64,000 nucleotides of DNA from Pseudomonadota bacterium (GCA_038040175.1 JBBPIT010000005.1:44555-108554); one strand, 5' to 3'. Counted from the first letter of the stretch, positions 18,612 through 29,181 are shown. The notes: generated by a model not told the origin, from the sequence alone. Made by a program: numbers and translations.

Positions 18612-19814
18612 TTACGCGTAACAGCGCAGCGTCAGCGAGAACTCGCGTAGCGGCGCGATGCCGCTTCTTTCCGCGCGACGGCACCAGTCCTCGAGCTGCG
18701 ACAGCAATTGTTCCTTGGTCGCGGTAGAGCGTTGCCACAGCATGACCAGTTCCTGACGCATGGTGTAAACGGTGTCGAGCACCTTGCTGGTCTTCAGCAC
18801 TTCTTCCAGTTCGGCCTTCTCCTTGGCCGGAACCAGCTTGGCGTCGAGATGCAGCCAGCGCTTGACGCTCTGCAGATCAATGGCATGGCCAGGCCTGCGC
18901 TCGCGAAGTTTGCGCAGTTCGTCGGCGCAGGTGGCCTTCACCAGGCGGGTGAAGCGCGCCAACACGTCGTAACGATGGGTGATCACTGCCTGCAGGGTCT
19001 GCAGGTCGCACCTTACCTTGCCGGTCGCAATCTTCACGGTAGGGGTGAGTTTCTTGACGTCGGCCAGACCGACCATCTCCATCAGGCGGATGTACAGCCA
19101 GCCGATGTCGAACTCGTACCACTTGTTGGACAGCCGCGCGGACGAGGCATAGGCATGGTGATTGTTATGCAATTCCTCGCCGCCGATCAGGATGCCCCAG
19201 GGCACGATGTTGGTGCTGGCATCTTCCACCTGGAAGTTGCGGTAGCCGTAGTAGTGCCCGACACCGTTGATCACGCCTGCGGCGGTGACCGGAATCCACA
19301 GCATCTGCACTGCCCAGACCGTCAGTCCGATCGGTCCGAACAGCAGGACGTTGACGATCAGCATCAGCGCCACCCCGCCTTTGTCGCTGGCGGAATAGAC
19401 CTTACGCTCGATCCAGTCTTCCGGGGTACCGTGCCCGTACTTGTCCAAAGTGTCCTGGTTTTTCGCTTCCTTCCGATACAGTTCGCCGCCCTCAAGCAGA
19501 ACCTTCTTGAGAGTAAGCACTTGCGGACTATGCGGATCTTCCTCGGTTTCGACTTTGGCGTGGTGCTTCCGGTGAATTGCGGTCCACGCCTTGGTGGACA
19601 TGCCGGTGGTCAACCACAACCACAGGCGGAAAAAATGCGCGACAGCAGGGTGGAGGTCGAGTGCACGATGCGCCGAGTGCCGGTGCAGATAGATGGTCAC
19701 CGACGCGATGGTGATGTGGGTCAAAACGAGCGCCACGAACACGTAACCCCACCAGGGAAGGTCGATCAGCCCGCCAGCCCAGCTGGGCAGGTCCGTAAAC
19801 CCGTTCAGATTCAT
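18612..19814 (-). CDS. Acyl-CoA (delta-9) fatty acid desaturase, DesA-like
   Basis: His boxes HRHSAH, HRKHH, HNNHH. Confidence 0.92.
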   Translation of the reverse strand: MNLNGFTDLPSWAGGLIDLPWWGYVFVALVLTHITIASVTIYLHRHSAHRALDLHPAVAHFFRLWLWLTTGMSTKAWTAIHRKHHAKVETEEDPHSPQVLTLKKVLLEGGELYRKEAKNQDTLDKYGHGTPEDWIERKVYSASDKGGVALMLIVNVLLFGPIGLTVWAVQMLWIPVTAAGVINGVGHYYGYRNFQVEDASTNIVPWGILIGGEELHNNHHAYASSARLSNKWYEFDIGWLYIRLMEMVGLADVKKLTPTVKIATGKVRCDLQTLQAVITHRYDVLARFTRLVKATCADELRKLRERRPGHAIDLQSVKRWLHLDAKLVPAKEKAELEEVLKTSKVLDTVYTMRQELVMLWQRSTATKEQLLSQLEDWCRRAERSGIAPLREFSLTLRCYA

Positions 19815-19976
19815 GCAGTTAACCCCAAATAATCATGAAGATAAGTTAGGATTTTACAGTAACCCTTGCGACCCGCAAGCCTCAATTTGTAACGTCCGGT
19901 CGGAAACAGCCGGGGAGTGAACGTGGATCAGGCGGCAAAATCCGTTTAATTTCTCCGATACGCGGCGAAAATGCGG

Positions 19977-21296
19977 CTATTTGACCGGTTCTTGAGTTGA
20001 TCGGACAGCGGTTTGAACCGTCCCGACGATGCGGACGTCACGCTGCGGAAAGGGGATCTCGATTCCGTTGGCGGCAAAGCTCCTATACAGCGCAAGGTTC
20101 AGGTCCGACTGAAGGTTCAATTTTCCGCGCTCTGGGTCGTCGATCCAGGCCATGAGTTCCAGCTTGATGCCGTCGTCTGCGAAAGAGGTCATCAGGGCCG
20201 CCGGCGCAGGCTCCTTCAGCACCCGAGCATGGGAACGGGCAGCCTCAAGCATCAGCTTCATTGCAGTTTCGAGGTTGCTGCTGTAGCTGATCTGGACCGG
20301 GATGCGCATCAGCACCCGGCGGTTGGAGTAGGAATGATTGATCACCGTCGAGGTGATCACCTTCTCGTTTGGAATGATCGCCTCGGTGCCGTCCTGCCCG
20401 CGCACCACGATGCAGCGCGAAGTGAGTTTGGTCACCTCGCCGTAGAAACCCTCGATCGTGACCAGATCGCCGGGACTGACCGAGCGGTCGAGAAGGATGG
20501 TGAAGCCGCTGATGTAGTTGGATGCGACTTTCTGCAGACCGAAGCCGATGCCCACGCCCACCGCCCCGCCGAACAGCGACAACACCGTGATGTCGATGCC
20601 GACTATCGGCAGCGCAATGAGCACTGCGGTGACAACCAGGACGCTGCGGATGATCTTGGCGAACGCGAATCGCAGGTTGATCTCGAGGTGTTGCAAGGTC
20701 ATGATCCGCGTCTCGATCATGCGTCCGATCCAGAGCGCGGCGAGCAGCGTGAGCACGACGGTCAGCAGCGCGGTGAGCACCATCGCAAGAGAGACGCGCT
20801 GGCTGCCGACGCGGAAGGACGCGTCTTCGAGGAACCTGCCGATCTCCGGAAGCATCCCGGTCAGGTAAAGCGCTACCCCCAGCCAGACGATCCACGTGAC
20901 CCCCATTTCCCAGGAGCGCATCGCTCCGCCGGGATTGAACGTGTGCCTGAGCAGGTAGACCACGCCGCGAATGATCACCATCGCCAGCACCAGTGGGATG
21001 GCGATATTGAGCAGGTGCACCGGCTGGAAGTAGTGGAGTATCCAGCGGCCGGCCAGAAGGATCAGCAGCGCGGTCACCGGGAAAATCTCACGGTTCATCC
21101 CGCCGACGCTGATTCTCTGGGTGCCTTCGAGGTCGGTACCGGCTGCGGGGAGCAGTCCTTTGCGCAACCTGCGGGCGAGATGCCAGGCGGCAAGCAGCGA
21201 CAATGTGATGACGACGACCTGCCACAGGATCACTCCCCGCTGCAGGTCCTCGAAAAGACCGGTTAGCAGACGACTGATTTCGGACTGATTTTTCAT
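19977..21296 (-). CDS. MscS-family mechanosensitive channel
   Basis: GVGIGFGLQKVASNYISG, GD.V, IIPNE, IEIPFPQRDV. Confidence 0.92.
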   Translation of the reverse strand: MKNQSEISRLLTGLFEDLQRGVILWQVVVITLSLLAAWHLARRLRKGLLPAAGTDLEGTQRISVGGMNREIFPVTALLILLAGRWILHYFQPVHLLNIAIPLVLAMVIIRGVVYLLRHTFNPGGAMRSWEMGVTWIVWLGVALYLTGMLPEIGRFLEDASFRVGSQRVSLAMVLTALLTVVLTLLAALWIGRMIETRIMTLQHLEINLRFAFAKIIRSVLVVTAVLIALPIVGIDITVLSLFGGAVGVGIGFGLQKVASNYISGFTILLDRSVSPGDLVTIEGFYGEVTKLTSRCIVVRGQDGTEAIIPNEKVITSTVINHSYSNRRVLMRIPVQISYSSNLETAMKLMLEAARSHARVLKEPAPAALMTSFADDGIKLELMAWIDDPERGKLNLQSDLNLALYRSFAANGIEIPFPQRDVRIVGTVQTAVRSTQEPVK

Positions 21297-21326
21297 CGCT
21301 GTCCCCTATGACGGCGGGATTCTACG

Positions 21327-21908
21327 TCACTTCCCGTTGCCGCGCCGAAACGGAGTCGAGTGTTTGAAATGGCGCGTCCAGTTCTCCAGAAAGGCGCGCG
21401 TCAGTTCATGATTGCCGCGAAACACCAGCAGGTTCTCGGCATTGCGGAACTGGGCGGCGTGAGTGAAATTGAAGCTGCCGGTGATCAGGACCGGTGCTTT
21501 GGCGCCGGCGTCGATCACCATGACCTTGTTGTGGGCGGCCGCATGCTCCGCGTCGGCAAAAACAGCTACACCGGCATCGACCAGCCGCGGAATCACGTTG
21601 TGTTCGATGAGGTCGATCTGCCCCGGATCGGCGATGACCTGCACGTCCACACCGCGGCGTTCAGCGCGAATCAGCGCCCCGGCAATCCCGGCGTGCGTGA
21701 AGCTGAACGCCTGCACCAGGATCTGGGACCGCGCGCCGTCGATGGCACGTACGATCAACCCCGCGGCATCATCGCCAGGGGTAAAGGCATACTCGATGAT
21801 GCCGGTGGCGGGAACAATGTCCGACGCTTCAAATCCGCAGGCCGGGTGCGCCAGAACCAGCAGCACAAGCAGAAGTCCGAAAAGCCGGACTGGACGCGTG
21901 CGCTTCAT
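21327..21908 (-). CDS. Phospholipase D-family (Nuc-like) endonuclease, exported
   Basis: Single HNKVMVID (HKD) motif and TGSFNFT...NAEN; signal peptide. Confidence 0.88.
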   Translation of the reverse strand: MKRTRPVRLFGLLLVLLVLAHPACGFEASDIVPATGIIEYAFTPGDDAAGLIVRAIDGARSQILVQAFSFTHAGIAGALIRAERRGVDVQVIADPGQIDLIEHNVIPRLVDAGVAVFADAEHAAAHNKVMVIDAGAKAPVLITGSFNFTHAAQFRNAENLLVFRGNHELTRAFLENWTRHFKHSTPFRRGNGK

Positions 21909-23170
21909 TTCGGGCGAGGACGCCGCTCCAGTACCGCGGCGAAGAAAGCGTCGGTGTCGTGCCGTTGCGGACGCAGTTCCAGAAACACGCCGCTTTCGAG
22001 CGCGATCCGCTGCTCGTCCAGAATCTCCTGGCAGCTCACCACTTGGAAGTCCGCATGGGTGCCGAGGAACTGCTCGATGATGGCCTGGTTCTCCTCCGGC
22101 AGCACACTGCAGGTCGCGTAAACCAGGCGCCCGCCGGGTTTGAGCAGGGTCGCCGCGCCATTCAGGATCACGCGCTGCTTGGCGCTGAGTTCCACCACCG
22201 CCTCGGGCGACTGGCGCCATTTGAGGTCGGGATTGCGCCGCAGCGTGCCGAGCCCGCTGCAGGGCGCATCGACCAGCACTCGATCGATCTTGCCGGCGAG
22301 GCGTTTCACCTTGATGTCATTCTCCCCCTGGATCAGTTGCGGGTGCACGTTGGAAAGTCCGGAACGCTTGAGCCGCGGTTTGAGATTGTTGAGCCGCTTC
22401 TCTGAAACGTCGAGTGCGTACAGGCGCCCCGCCGACTGCATCAGCGCGCCCATCATGAGCGTCTTGCCGCCCGCCCCGGCACAGAAATCAACCACCATTT
22501 CGCGCCGCTTCGGCGCGACCAGGTATCCGAGCAACTGGCTGCCCTCGTCCTGAACCTCGACCGCTCCGCGGGTGAACGAAGGGTGGCGGTTGATCGCGGG
22601 TTTTCCGGCAAGCCGGATGCCGATCGGCGACCAGCGCGTCGGCTCGGCCGGGAATCCGCTGGCGCGGAGTTCCTCGAGCACCTGGTCCCGATTCGCCAGC
22701 AACGTATTGACCCGCAGGTCCAGCGGTGCGGACTTGAGCATGGCGCGGCCGAAGGCGACCGCTTCCTGCTCCGCATACTCGGCGACGAGACGCTCGTACA
22801 GCCAGTCGGGGAGGCTCAGCCTGGCTGCCGGAGGCAGCGATTCGACATCGGCGGACTTCAGTTGAACCGCCCAGTCGCGATCTTCAGCCTTGAGCAGGGG
22901 TTCGAGTTGACCGAGGCTGTAACCCTGCAGCTTGAGCAACGACCCCAACACCAGCTTGCGCGGGGTGGGCTGCGCAATCAGGCTCTCGAGCAGCCGCTTG
23001 TGGCGAAGCACGGTGAAAACCGTTTCAGCGACGAAAGCGCGGTCGTGGCTGCCGAGTTTGCGATTGACGCTGAAAAAATTGTGCAGGACCGCATCGGCCG
23101 GGTGCGCCAGCGGCAGCACCAGATCCACGGCGGCAGTGGCCACCTTTATCAATGCCGCCGCGGGTTGCAT
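21905..23170 (-). CDS. RsmB/NOP-family RNA m5C methyltransferase
   Basis: QDEGSQL, DFCAGAGGKT, DAPCSGLGTLRRNPD, YATCS. Confidence 0.93.
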   Translation of the reverse strand: MQPAAALIKVATAAVDLVLPLAHPADAVLHNFFSVNRKLGSHDRAFVAETVFTVLRHKRLLESLIAQPTPRKLVLGSLLKLQGYSLGQLEPLLKAEDRDWAVQLKSADVESLPPAARLSLPDWLYERLVAEYAEQEAVAFGRAMLKSAPLDLRVNTLLANRDQVLEELRASGFPAEPTRWSPIGIRLAGKPAINRHPSFTRGAVEVQDEGSQLLGYLVAPKRREMVVDFCAGAGGKTLMMGALMQSAGRLYALDVSEKRLNNLKPRLKRSGLSNVHPQLIQGENDIKVKRLAGKIDRVLVDAPCSGLGTLRRNPDLKWRQSPEAVVELSAKQRVILNGAATLLKPGGRLVYATCSVLPEENQAIIEQFLGTHADFQVVSCQEILDEQRIALESGVFLELRPQRHDTDAFFAAVLERRPRPK

Positions 23171-23863
23171 CTATTGGTAAGTGATGCTGGTGACGGTGGA
23201 ATCCACCATGGTGCCGTTCTTTTCGACGAAGCGAATCTTGACCGGAAGAAAGTGGCGGTCCACCGAAAGCCAGAATTCGAGGCCGCGCTTGTCGTCGGCC
23301 TCCCGCACTTTCTGGAAGTGCAGAGTTTCCAGTTTGCCGAGCGGGGTCTTGAGCGTCTCCTTGCCGATAATCCTGTACTCGTAGTCGGCCAGACGCCTGC
23401 CGTCGGCGACAAATACCTTCATGCTTTCCTGGTTCGACTGCGCGAATGCGAAAGCGTAGGGCAGGCTGGTCGGGTCGAAGGTGTTGGCGCTCAGTGGCAC
23501 GGTTTCAATCTTGTCGCCGTCGGTGAGCTTGACCTGCCCGGCATCCCAGTCGAAATCAGCGGCACGCCTGGGCTTGCGGCTGTTTTTCTCTTCAAATTGC
23601 AGCGGCCGCAGCCCGCCGGCCGTGAGCAAACCCCGGCTTTCGCGGCGGATGTTGAGCTTGTAGAAAAGCGCGGCCACCCCAACCGTCTTGGTCTCGCTGA
23701 CCACGGAGTACTTCTTGCCGTCGTGCTCGAGAAAATCGTGGCCCTCGCCCAATTGCATCGAGCCGGAAGTCACTGCATAGACGATTTGCACCTTTTGCGG
23801 CGGCTGCGCGGCCGCCAGCGGGCCTGCCAGCAGGAGGAGAACCAGTAAAGTGACGTGTTTCAT
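23171..23863 (-). CDS. DUF3108-family exported protein
   Basis: Signal peptide; ESRG...GLRP..F, D..S, FWL...LPVKIR; usual position between purN and the methyltransferase. Confidence 0.8.
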   Translation of the reverse strand: MKHVTLLVLLLLAGPLAAAQPPQKVQIVYAVTSGSMQLGEGHDFLEHDGKKYSVVSETKTVGVAALFYKLNIRRESRGLLTAGGLRPLQFEEKNSRKPRRAADFDWDAGQVKLTDGDKIETVPLSANTFDPTSLPYAFAFAQSNQESMKVFVADGRRLADYEYRIIGKETLKTPLGKLETLHFQKVREADDKRGLEFWLSVDRHFLPVKIRFVEKNGTMVDSTVTSITYQ

Positions 23864-23868
23864 CGCTC

Positions 23869-24495
23869 TCAGGGGCAGACCATTGCGTCCGGAGTGCTGC
23901 GGCCCGCGCTCACCGTGACGCGATTGCCTTCCAGCTCGAGCTTGCCGTCGAGGAACCAGCGGATTGCCTGGGGGTAGATGCGGTGTTCCTGCTCGAGCAC
24001 GCGCGCAGCGAGACGTTCCTCGTCATCGCCGGGCAGCACCGGAACCGCGGCCTGCACGATGATCGGACCATGGTCGAGCTCGGGAGTGACGTAGTGGACC
24101 GTGCAGCCGTGAATTCTGACGCCTTCCTGCAACGCGCGCCGGTGCGTGTCCACGCCCGGAAACGCCGGAAGCAGGGATGGATGGATATTCATGATCCGGC
24201 CGCCGAAGCGCTTGATGAAACCCTCGGTGAGAATGCGCATGAATCCCGCCAGCACCAGCAGGTCGGGACGGTGCGAATCTGCTTTGTCGGCGAGCGCGGC
24301 ATCGAAACTCGCGCGATCCGGGAACGCCCGGTGATCGATCACCGCAGTTTCCACGCCGAAGCTGCGTGCGATGTCGATGCCCCTTGCCGCAGGGTTGTTG
24401 CTGATCACCGCGGCAATCTGTGCGTCGAGTTTTGCATCCAGGATCGACTGCAGGTTGCTGCCGCGGCCCGAAATCAGGATAACGATGCGTTTCAT
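23869..24495 (-). CDS. purN: Phosphoribosylglycinamide formyltransferase
   Basis: ISGRGSNL, LAGFMRIL, NIHPSLLP, HGCTVHYV..ELDHGPII. Confidence 0.97.
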   Translation of the reverse strand: MKRIVILISGRGSNLQSILDAKLDAQIAAVISNNPAARGIDIARSFGVETAVIDHRAFPDRASFDAALADKADSHRPDLLVLAGFMRILTEGFIKRFGGRIMNIHPSLLPAFPGVDTHRRALQEGVRIHGCTVHYVTPELDHGPIIVQAAVPVLPGDDEERLAARVLEQEHRIYPQAIRWFLDGKLELEGNRVTVSAGRSTPDAMVCP

Positions 24496-24504
24496 CCTGT
24501 GTTT

Positions 24505-25554
24505 CTACAGCACCACAGTCTGCGGTTCGTCGCCCGCGCGGGAGCGGATCTCGCCGATGCGGAAGACGCTTTCTCCTTCGCGCTCGAGCGCCTGCTGCGC
24601 CCGGCCGGCATCCTCCGCGGCAACGATCGCCACCATGCCGATGCCGCAATTGAACACACGGTGCATCTCCGCCTCGGCGACATTGCCGTTTCTTTGCAGC
24701 CATTCGAACAGTTGCGGCCGCGGCCACGCGCTCCTCGCCAGCACCGCCTTTACGTTCGACGGCAGCACGCGCGGCACGTTCTCCACCAGACCGCCGCCGG
24801 TGATGTGCGCAAGACCCTTGATGCGCACCGCACGCATCGCCGCGAGCACCGGCCGCACGTATATGCGCGTCGGTGCCAGCAATGCTTCTCCCAACGTCCT
24901 GCCGTCGAAATCGGATGACAGGTCCACGCCGGAAGTTTCGACGATCTTGCGCACCAGCGAGTACCCGTTGGAGTGCGCCCCGCTGCTGGCCAGCCCGAGA
25001 ACCAGGTCGCCCGCAACAATGCCGGCACCATCGATGATCCCCGACTTTTCGACCACGCCGACCGCGAAGCCGGCGAGGTCGTATTCGCCGGCCGGGTACA
25101 TCCCCGGCATTTCCGCCGTCTCCCCGCCGATCAACGCGCAACCGGCCTGTTCGCAACCGGCGGCGATGCCCTTTACCACTTGTGTTGCGGTATCCACCGC
25201 AAGCTTGCCGCAGGCGAAATAGTCGAGGAAGAAAAGCGGCTCGGCACCCTGCACCAGGATATCGTTGACGCTCATCGCCACCAGGTCGATGCCGATGGTG
25301 TCGTGGCGATTCAGGTGAAATGCCAGCTTGAGTTTGGTCCCGACACCGTCGGTGCCGGATACCAGCACCGGTTCCCGGTATCCCTTCGGTACCTCGAACA
25401 GCGCGCCGAAGCCGCCGATGCCGGCGAGCACGCCGTCTCTGAGCGTGCGCCTTGCGAAGGGCTTGATGTTCTCGACCAGCTGGTCGCCGGCATCGATGTC
25501 CACGCCGGCGTCACGATAGGAAAGCGAAGCAGAGGAGGGTCGGTCGGTCTTCAA
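24505..25554 (-). CDS. purM: Phosphoribosylformylglycinamidine cyclo-ligase
   Basis: [44 protein letters not shown]. Confidence 0.97.
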   Translation of the reverse strand: MKTDRPSSASLSYRDAGVDIDAGDQLVENIKPFARRTLRDGVLAGIGGFGALFEVPKGYREPVLVSGTDGVGTKLKLAFHLNRHDTIGIDLVAMSVNDILVQGAEPLFFLDYFACGKLAVDTATQVVKGIAAGCEQAGCALIGGETAEMPGMYPAGEYDLAGFAVGVVEKSGIIDGAGIVAGDLVLGLASSGAHSNGYSLVRKIVETSGVDLSSDFDGRTLGEALLAPTRIYVRPVLAAMRAVRIKGLAHITGGGLVENVPRVLPSNVKAVLARSAWPRPQLFEWLQRNGNVAEAEMHRVFNCGIGMVAIVAAEDAGRAQQALEREGESVFRIGEIRSRAGDEPQTVVL

Positions 25555-25675
25555 GTTGAGCTGCCGGGTTCTTCGGGATAGAGTGGCGATCGAAATTCAG
25601 GGCCAATGTGGTGCCCGGATCCATTGCCACGCGTGATCCATTACCATGCCTGGCGCGCCGCGAATTTTACTCCAA

Positions 25676-25960
25676 ATGAACAGCATCTTCCGTGTGCGTT
25701 TTGCGTGGTACCTGGTCGCTGCGGTAGTCGCCGGGCTTCTCCTGTATCTGGTTGCGCCGATCCTTAGCCCGTTCCTGTTCGCCGCGATCCTGGTCTACAT
25801 CTGCCTGCCCTTGGTGGATCGGTTGGCGAAGTGGCTGCCGCGCTGGCTCGCGGTTTCAATCGTGCTGGTTCTGCTGGCGTTGCCTGCGAGTGCGGCCTTG
25901 TTGGTGGGCTTGCGGCATCTGCGCGCGCAATATCTGGCCAGCGATCTCTATAAATCCTAA
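25676..25960 (+). pseudogene. AI-2E (PerM) family transporter with large in-frame internal deletion
   Basis: N-terminal part (PILSPFLFAAILVYICLPLVDRL) joined directly to the family C-terminus (LLALPASAALLVGLRHLRAQYLASDLY). About 94 aa versus about 350 typical. Syntenic between purM and hda. Confidence 0.75.
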
Positions 25961-26661
25961 TGAGGCAGCTGGCTCTCGGACTGGCCCCATCCCCGGTGCC
26001 GGCGTTCGACAACTTTTTCCCGGGGCGGAATGTCGAGGCCGTTTCCGCATTGCACTCGGTTGCCACGGGCCACTCCGCCGAGCATTTCGTTTACCTCTGG
26101 GGAGAGCGCGGTTGCGGCCGGTCGCATTTGCTGCAGGCTGCCGTGGCGGCAGCTTCCTCGCGGGGAATCATCGCCCGATACGTTGCGGCGGGCGAGCCGC
26201 TACCGGGAGAGGATTCCGGTGTGCGCATGCTGGTAGTGGACGACGTCGAGAAACTGGACGCGCAGGCTCAGATCGAGTTTTTCCATCTGTATAACGCGTT
26301 GCGTGAATGCCAGGGCGCCGTGCTCGCGGCCGGCAACGTGGCGCCGGCGCGTCTGCAACTCAGGGCGGACCTGCTGACCCGGCTCGGATGGGGGCTGGTG
26401 TTCCAGGTGCATGCGCTTTCCGACGACGACAAGCGCGTTGCGCTCAAGCGCCACGCGGCCGCCCGCGCCTTCGATCTTCGCGACGAAATCGTCGAGTATC
26501 TGCTACGCCACCTGAAGCGCGATCTGCCCTCCCTGATGACGGTGCTGGACGCGCTGGACCGCTACTCGCTGGAAACCAAACGACCGATCACCTTGCCGCT
26601 GCTGCGCGAACTGCAGCAATCGGAGGGTGACGGCAATGGAAATCCGCCGCCCGGAATCTGA
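25960..26661 (+). CDS. hda: DnaA regulatory inactivator Hda
   Basis: QLAL clamp motif, FDNF, YLWGERGCGRSHLL, DLLTRLGWG, RPITLPL. Confidence 0.94.
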   Translation: MRQLALGLAPSPVPAFDNFFPGRNVEAVSALHSVATGHSAEHFVYLWGERGCGRSHLLQAAVAAASSRGIIARYVAAGEPLPGEDSGVRMLVVDDVEKLDAQAQIEFFHLYNALRECQGAVLAAGNVAPARLQLRADLLTRLGWGLVFQVHALSDDDKRVALKRHAAARAFDLRDEIVEYLLRHLKRDLPSLMTVLDALDRYSLETKRPITLPLLRELQQSEGDGNGNPPPGI

Positions 26662-26757
26662 CCGGTAAACGGGTCCGGAACTTCGGTCGCCACGGGCTTT
26701 TGAGCTATACTTTCAGCGCTTCTTCACGACCCCTCCGACCTCTTCCGCAATTCCCCC

Positions 26758-27414
26758 ATGCGGCTCGCACTGTTTGATCTCGACAATACACTCCTGGCCG
26801 GCGACAGCGACTTCGAGTGGGCGCAGTTTCTCATCGAGAAAGGCGCGCTCGACGGCGAGATACACGAGGCGCGCAACCGCAACTTCTACGAGGCTTACAA
26901 GGCCGGCACGCTCGACATCCACGAGTTTCTCGATTTCCAGCTCAAGCCGCTGTCGCGCCACCCGAGAAAGCAGCTCGACGAGTGGCACGTCGAGTTTATG
27001 CGGGAGAAGATCGTCCCGATCATCACCCGGAAAGCGCGCGATCTGGTGGAAAGCCACAACGAGGATGCGCGCGCCATCATCACCGCGACCAACAGTTTCG
27101 TTACCTGGCCGATTGCACGTGAGTTCGATGTCGAGAACCTGATCGCCACCGAACCGGAGGAAGAGGATGGCGAGTTTACCGGGAGGGTGAAAGGAATACC
27201 GTCCTTCCGCGAGGGCAAGGTTACCAGGCTCATGAGCTGGATGGCCGAGCACGGCATCTCCTGGGATGCGCTCGAGGAGACCTGGTTTTACAGCGACTCG
27301 CTCAACGATCTGCCGCTGCTTTCGATCGTCAGCCACCCGGTCGCGGTGGATCCCGACGAAACCCTCAAGGAACACGCGCTCAAGCACGACTGGCGCGTCA
27401 TCAGCCTCCGGTAA
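26758..27414 (+). CDS. HAD-IB family hydrolase
   Basis: FDLDNTLL, ITAT, GK, FYSDSLNDLPLL. Confidence 0.92.
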   Translation: MRLALFDLDNTLLAGDSDFEWAQFLIEKGALDGEIHEARNRNFYEAYKAGTLDIHEFLDFQLKPLSRHPRKQLDEWHVEFMREKIVPIITRKARDLVESHNEDARAIITATNSFVTWPIAREFDVENLIATEPEEEDGEFTGRVKGIPSFREGKVTRLMSWMAEHGISWDALEETWFYSDSLNDLPLLSIVSHPVAVDPDETLKEHALKHDWRVISLR

Positions 27415-27449
27415 CCGCCGCGGGCGGGGCAGCGCCGCCGACCCTCTAG

Positions 27450-28427
27450 ATGCCGCGCGCACTCGGTCTCGTCTCCTTACTGCTTATCGCCGGCGCCAGC
27501 GTGCTCGTGAGTCTGGCCCTGGGCAGCGTCTCTATTTCTGTCGAAGACACGTTGGCGGCGCTGTCCGGTTCGCTCTCCGGACCGGCGGCCGACATCGTGT
27601 GGAAGCTGCGGCTGCCACGAATCCTGGCGGCATTCTCCTGCGGTGGTCTGCTGGCATTGGCGGGCGTGCTGTTGCAGGTATTGCTGCGCAACCCTCTTGC
27701 CGATCCTTATATTTTCGGCGTGTCCGGAGGCGCCGCGCTCGGTGTGCTGCTGGCGATGCTGCTGGGGACCGGAACAATGATTCAGACCGGATCCGGGCTG
27801 GCCGGTGCGATCGCCGCGTCGGCCCTGGTATTCGGTTTGAGTTTCCGTGCCGGAAACTGGAATCCCTATCGTCTGCTGCTTACCGGAGTGGTGGTGGCAG
27901 CAGGACTCAACGCCGCCCTCAGCCTGATTCTGGTGCTGGCGCCGCAAACGGCAGTCAAAGGCATGCTGTTCTGGCTGATGGGTGATCTGGGGTATGCGGA
28001 GTATCCGCTGCCTGCGCTTCTGGTGCTGGTGGCGCTGCTCATTGTCGCTATGCCGCTGGCGCAGGCGATGAACGTCCTTGCGCTTGGCAGGATCAAGGCG
28101 CAGTCGCTGGGTGTGGCGGTAACCGGGACCGAAATCCTGCTGTATGGTCTTGCTGCGGTGGCGACGGTTACCGCGGTGCTGTTCGGCGGCACCATCGGTT
28201 TCGTCGGCCTGATCGTGCCGCATCTCATGCGCATGCTGGGAATGGCCGACCACCGCTGGCTCATGCCGTCTGCGGTCCTGGCCGGCGGCAGCTTTCTCAC
28301 GATTGCGGACACGATCGCGCGCAGCGCCTGGGCGCCTTTGCAGTTTCCGGTCGGCGTTCTGACCGCACTGCTCGGCGTTCCGGTGCTGCTGTTGCTTCTT
28401 GCGGGCAGGGGCAATGCTGCGCGCTGA
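27450..28427 (+). CDS. FecCD/BtuC-family ABC permease
   Basis: LRLPR, LRNPLADPYIFGVSGGA, FWLMG, GFVGLIVPH. Confidence 0.92.
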   Translation: MPRALGLVSLLLIAGASVLVSLALGSVSISVEDTLAALSGSLSGPAADIVWKLRLPRILAAFSCGGLLALAGVLLQVLLRNPLADPYIFGVSGGAALGVLLAMLLGTGTMIQTGSGLAGAIAASALVFGLSFRAGNWNPYRLLLTGVVVAAGLNAALSLILVLAPQTAVKGMLFWLMGDLGYAEYPLPALLVLVALLIVAMPLAQAMNVLALGRIKAQSLGVAVTGTEILLYGLAAVATVTAVLFGGTIGFVGLIVPHLMRMLGMADHRWLMPSAVLAGGSFLTIADTIARSAWAPLQFPVGVLTALLGVPVLLLLLAGRGNAAR

Positions 28428-29181
28428 ACGGCTGTCGCTGGGGTACCCCGGACGCACGCTGCTCGAAGGACTGACGCTGGAGTTCCGCCCGGGGCAGGTG
28501 TGGGCGGTGCTCGGCCGCAATGGCAGCGGCAAGTCCACGCTGCTGCATACGCTTGCTGCATTGAGGCTCCCGCAGGCCGGCGCGGCGCTTCTCGATGGCG
28601 CGCCGCTCGACTCGATGCCGCGTCGCCGGCTGGCGCGCCGCATCGGCGTGCTGCTGCAGGAAGAGACGCACGAATTCTGGGGCAGCGTGCGCGACTTCGT
28701 GCTGCTCGGCCGCTATCCGCATGCACTCAGTCCGTTCGGCTGGCACATGGACGACGAGGCGGTGGCCCGTGCCGAGATCGAGTCCCTGCATCTGGCCGGG
28801 CTGGCCAACCGGGCATTCGCAACGCTTTCCGGCGGCGAGCGGCAGCGCGCGCGGGCGGCGGCATTGTTTGCCCAACGGCCGCTCGTGTACCTGCTCGACG
28901 AACCGCTGCAACATCTCGATTTGCCGCACCAGGTGGCGGTGCTCGAGCGCCTGGCGCATGAGGCCCGCGAGCACGGCGCGGTGGTGGTGATGGTGGTCCA
29001 CGACCTGCTGTTTGCAAGCCGTTATTGCGACCGGTTCCTGCTGTTGTACGGCGACGGGCGCTTCGCGCACGGCGGCGCGCAGGAGGTGCTGGACGCCGGC
29101 CATCTTGGCGAGCTGTACGGCTTCGCGCTCGATGCGGTGGAGGCGGGCCGTGACCGGCTGTTCCTGCCGCGCCGGTCTTAA
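28414..29181 (+). CDS. Iron-siderophore/cobalamin ABC transporter ATP-binding protein
   Basis: GRNGSGKST, LSGGERQR, LLDEP, HD. Confidence 0.92.
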   Translation: MLRAERLSLGYPGRTLLEGLTLEFRPGQVWAVLGRNGSGKSTLLHTLAALRLPQAGAALLDGAPLDSMPRRRLARRIGVLLQEETHEFWGSVRDFVLLGRYPHALSPFGWHMDDEAVARAEIESLHLAGLANRAFATLSGGERQRARAAALFAQRPLVYLLDEPLQHLDLPHQVAVLERLAHEAREHGAVVVMVVHDLLFASRYCDRFLLLYGDGRFAHGGAQEVLDAGHLGELYGFALDAVEAGRDRLFLPRRS

